From Ramazzottius varieornatus (taxonomy: Eukaryota > Animalia > Tardigrada), in NCBI GenBank assembly GCA_001949185.1, contig BDGG01000007.1, positions 1,322,730 through 1,386,729 of the forward strand: a DNA stretch of 64,000 bases, written 5' to 3'. The translations under genes and the position numbers were made by a program. Under the pieces are notes generated by a model, which saw only the letters and a list, made by a program, of their open reading frames with translations, had not been told where the DNA came from and made no database searches. Below, piece after piece: positions 61,069 to 64,000 of the stretch. Every line of letters starts with the position of its first letter. The first letter of the stretch is position 1.

Positions 61069-64000
61069 ATGGCTGCTGATACAGCTGCCGCCACCGAACC
61101 ACTTCAAGACAGCATTCCGTCCGAAAAACCAGGCAAGGAAGAAAATTAACCTGCCGAAAAAACTCCTCTAAAAATAGTCCATATTTATCCAGTCAAGCTG
61201 TAACACGCAGTTGTCAATTGATTCTTGATTGAGCTGTGTATGCGCAAGACTGAGTTCAATTTTGTTCGGGATTAATTCCGGAACAGTCTTTTGAGGTTTA
61301 TTTCGAGTGCTTTGCGATTATAAATGCTTATTCGATGTCTTTCAGCTTCGGTAGGGGTGATTTTGTCGAGGAAGACCTATACGACGGAAGAGCTGCACAA
61401 GATATCCAACCTTCCTCGCTCCAAGACATGTCCATCCGTTCTGGAGCTGGATAACGCCAAGTCGACGCCATGGCTGATCAAGATCATCGCCGGAGCCGAA
61501 GCGAGTCCTCAAGCAAGGCTGGAGCCGTTCAGTTTCACCAACGAGGAACGAGCTCGAGGACTCCGACCAACTTCCGAGTCCGAGTCCGGCATGTCGCTTC
61601 TCCCGCAACGAAGCAGCTTCCAAACGGGCTGTCGACCTGTCTTGCACCTCTCACCGTCTAAGGGGAAGATGGGCCTATTGGGAATGAAACCTGAATCCGC
61701 GGGCACATTCGAGTAAGAAATTTCACTGAGAAATTCAGGAATATTAATCTGGAGATCGGTTCTCAAAGCGGCGCATGCTCCCAGTTGTTACCACCGAGCG
61801 CATGCGCTACTTCAGAAAACAACCGAGCTCGACAGGATGCGTTTCTCAGGTGGCGCACGCTTATAGTTGGTATCACTGTAAAAGTGCGCCACTTGGAAAT
61901 GATATTTTATGGAGTTTGTTTGGCGAGCTGCCAGTTCACGGAGAATCTCATGGGTGTCTTTTCTCCATTTGTAGGACGCTGGATAGAAATCGGGCGTCCG
62001 GAGAGAATCCGCCACCCATTCTCCGGAATGGAACCCGAGAGTTTTTCAACACTCGTCTGCAGAACTATGGAAATAATAACAACTTGCGTATCAATACCAG
62101 TGGGTACAACAGCCAGAACGGTTACAGCAACTACAGCGGAGATCGATACAACAGCAACGGCCAACGGACTTACAACAACAACAGCAACTCCATCAACGGC
62201 GGGGGATTTCGTCGGTTTGATCGGAACATGGAAGATGGAAACACCTTTGAGCGAAACAACGGCAGAGGTACTCTTCCATATCCGACAAAAACGTTTCCCT
62301 GAAGTTTTCAGTAATTATCTTCTCATTTTCAGGCGAGAGAAACTACGACGATCCTCGTGGTGGCGCTTTCGATGATGAGCCACTGCCCGAATGGGCGGAA
62401 GATGGACCTAGCAGCCAGAACGACTACATCGAGCTGCGCGGCTTCGATGATGATCCAGCTGACGACGCCAGTTCGAAGGACTCCGAGTCGGTGGATAAGA
62501 AGAGTGACAGCAGCACGAAAGACTCTTCATCTGTCCAGAGTGAAGCTGCCGAAAAACCGGGTATGGAAAACATAAATTTTATAATGGGAACTCGGTTAAC
62601 AATCTTTGCGAGACCGTTTCCCAAGTGGCGCATATGTTCGGCAAACGCATCGAGGACTTGCGCCACTTTCGAATACAATCTTGTCGAGTTGTGCAAGTGG
62701 CGCACGCTCGTGGCCAGCAATACTGATAATGTGCGCCACTAGGGAAGACAATCTCGATTAATTTACTTGCCGAGCTTCCGAATGTACCGAAATTGTCATT
62801 CAAAGCTTTGTTGAATTCCAAAATATAGAGTTCTCGGTTTGGGAATCAACCCGAATTGTTTTACTTTAGATGTTCCGACCGCAGAGAAGAAGGACAGTCT
62901 GACCGGCCTCGATCGTCCCGACATTGTCATCCCACTAACGGCAGCCGCTGAAGCCTCCAAGCCTCCAGAGACTGACAAGAACACTGTTCCAGGGAAGAGA
63001 AGTCGCTTTGCTGAAATTTTCAGCTGCGATGGAGCACCACAGCCGGCTCAAGCACCGAGAGAAGCTGCCAAAGTCGCTTCCGCGTCGCCACCAACACCTA
63101 GCACCGATGTTCATCAGCCTGCGGAGAAGTCGTCTGTCCCACCCGCTCTCGCTTCCATCCTGGCTACAAAACCGACGCAAGTGTCACCTGCTGAACAGCA
63201 TGCTGGAAGAACGTTGCTGTCTTTCATCCGCAAAGACGACGCTGCTACATCAGGTAAATTTTTAAACTGCTTGCTCTCCCCGCTTGAAAATTACTCCAAT
63301 TTTCAACGCTTTGTCTCGTATTTGCGCCATGCAAAAGTATTCGTACTCGGCTCGTAAATAACGTGGCTTGTCACCTGTTCTTCATGTTAGTTCACGATGG
63401 CAAAGCATGGTTTTCGGTACCAACATTTGCGCCACATGTGAAATTCATCGGTGGATCCGTTCAGATTTTTCCTCTCTTGCAGTGTCGCAAGCAGGACAGC
63501 CAACAGGCGGGAAAAAGCCCGTCGCTCGGCAAATGCGCACGCTGGAAGACATCGAGAAGGAACACCAACGTCCGGCACCAGCTGCCGAGACAATCCCTCC
63601 AGACGTCCCGCAGCAGCAAGTGAAGCTTCCGGCGACCAACTACCCAACTAACGTCTCCACAGCTGCTTCCGCTGGTGGTCAGAGCCGCTTCTTCGAGGCT
63701 TTCGGTAGCGAGGCTTCCCACGCTGCACAGGCTACACCGAGTACACAGAGCACAGCGCTGAATGGACCCACACCACTGCACCGTGGTGTATCCTTCCATG
63801 GCAGCTTGCCCCATCTGGGCGGCGTCCTGGATCCTTCGGCTGTCGTTCGTGCTGCAGATTCACAGGTACATGATGTTCTTGGCTTTCAGAGTGAAGAGTT
63901 TTTAGCGCGATATGCGGTCCTTTGGTTCCAAGGAATGACTTTGCCTAGATCGCTATGTCAAGCGGCGCATGCTCTGATCGTTATTGGCTGAGAGTGTGCG
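61069..64000 (+). CDS. EIF4ENIF1: eIF4E transporter 4E-T (partial; continues beyond the window)
   Basis: YTTEELHKISNLPRSKTCPSVL (4E-binding region), LLPQRSSFQTGC, Cup-homology domain EPLPEWAEDGPSSQNDYIELRGFDD, SRFAEIFS and RTLEDIEK. Confidence 0.88.
61755..61930. repeat. Intronic palindromic module x2 (4E-T intron)
   Basis: Units at 61768 and 61850 (N29), period 82, GGCGAGCT end motif. Confidence 0.82.
62610..62775. repeat. Intronic palindromic module x2 (4E-T intron)
   Basis: Units at 62625 (N28) and 62697 (N29), period 72, TTGCCGAGCT end motif. Confidence 0.88.
63945..64000. repeat. Intronic palindromic module cut by the window end
   Basis: AAGCGGCGC-N29-GCG[...] at 63962. Confidence 0.65.

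Noticed and set aside
16060-64000. CRISPR-array interpretation of the repeat-spacer modules
   Set aside because: Eukaryotic introns, no cas genes, inverted rather than direct repeats, only 1-3 units per locus, and spacers share residual ancestry.
16060-64000. Intact Introner elements
   Set aside because: Modules are internal to introns; the splice-site-proximal sequence and the lengths of host introns are not shared.

Overview
Eukaryotic (animal) genomic DNA with short GT-AG introns and a gene-dense layout. A compact-genome invertebrate such as a tardigrade or other panarthropod is my inference, not something the sequence proves. Positions 1-12.9 kb are mostly transposon debris: TA-flanked MITEs, a LINE RT fragment, hAT fragments, a 50-N gap, and one intronless gustatory-receptor-like ORF. 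From 12.9 kb to 64 kb the genes are: an orphan secreted protein, protein kinase D, ULK1/Atg1, a nested hAT-MITE cluster, an AKAP1/spoonbill-like KH-Tudor gene, TMEM120, PTCD3, an SLC9 Na+/H+ exchanger, SFSWAP, eIF4H, a Gly/Tyr/Ser-rich secreted protein with a cadherin-like tail, DRG1 and 4E-T (EIF4ENIF1, truncated by the window end). The most striking unexplained signal is a palindromic module, AAGTGGCGCAC...GTGCGCCACTT, with a length-fixed (28-29 nt between the GTGGCGC/GCGCCAC heptamers) but sequence-divergent spacer. It repeats in tandem with periods of about 73 or about 82 bp. It sits in introns of nine of the ten conserved genes (only a degenerate trace in DRG1) and no complete copy was seen in the TE-rich intergenic blocks or the lineage-specific genes. 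Exon coordinates were derived by hand from splice signals and family knowledge.
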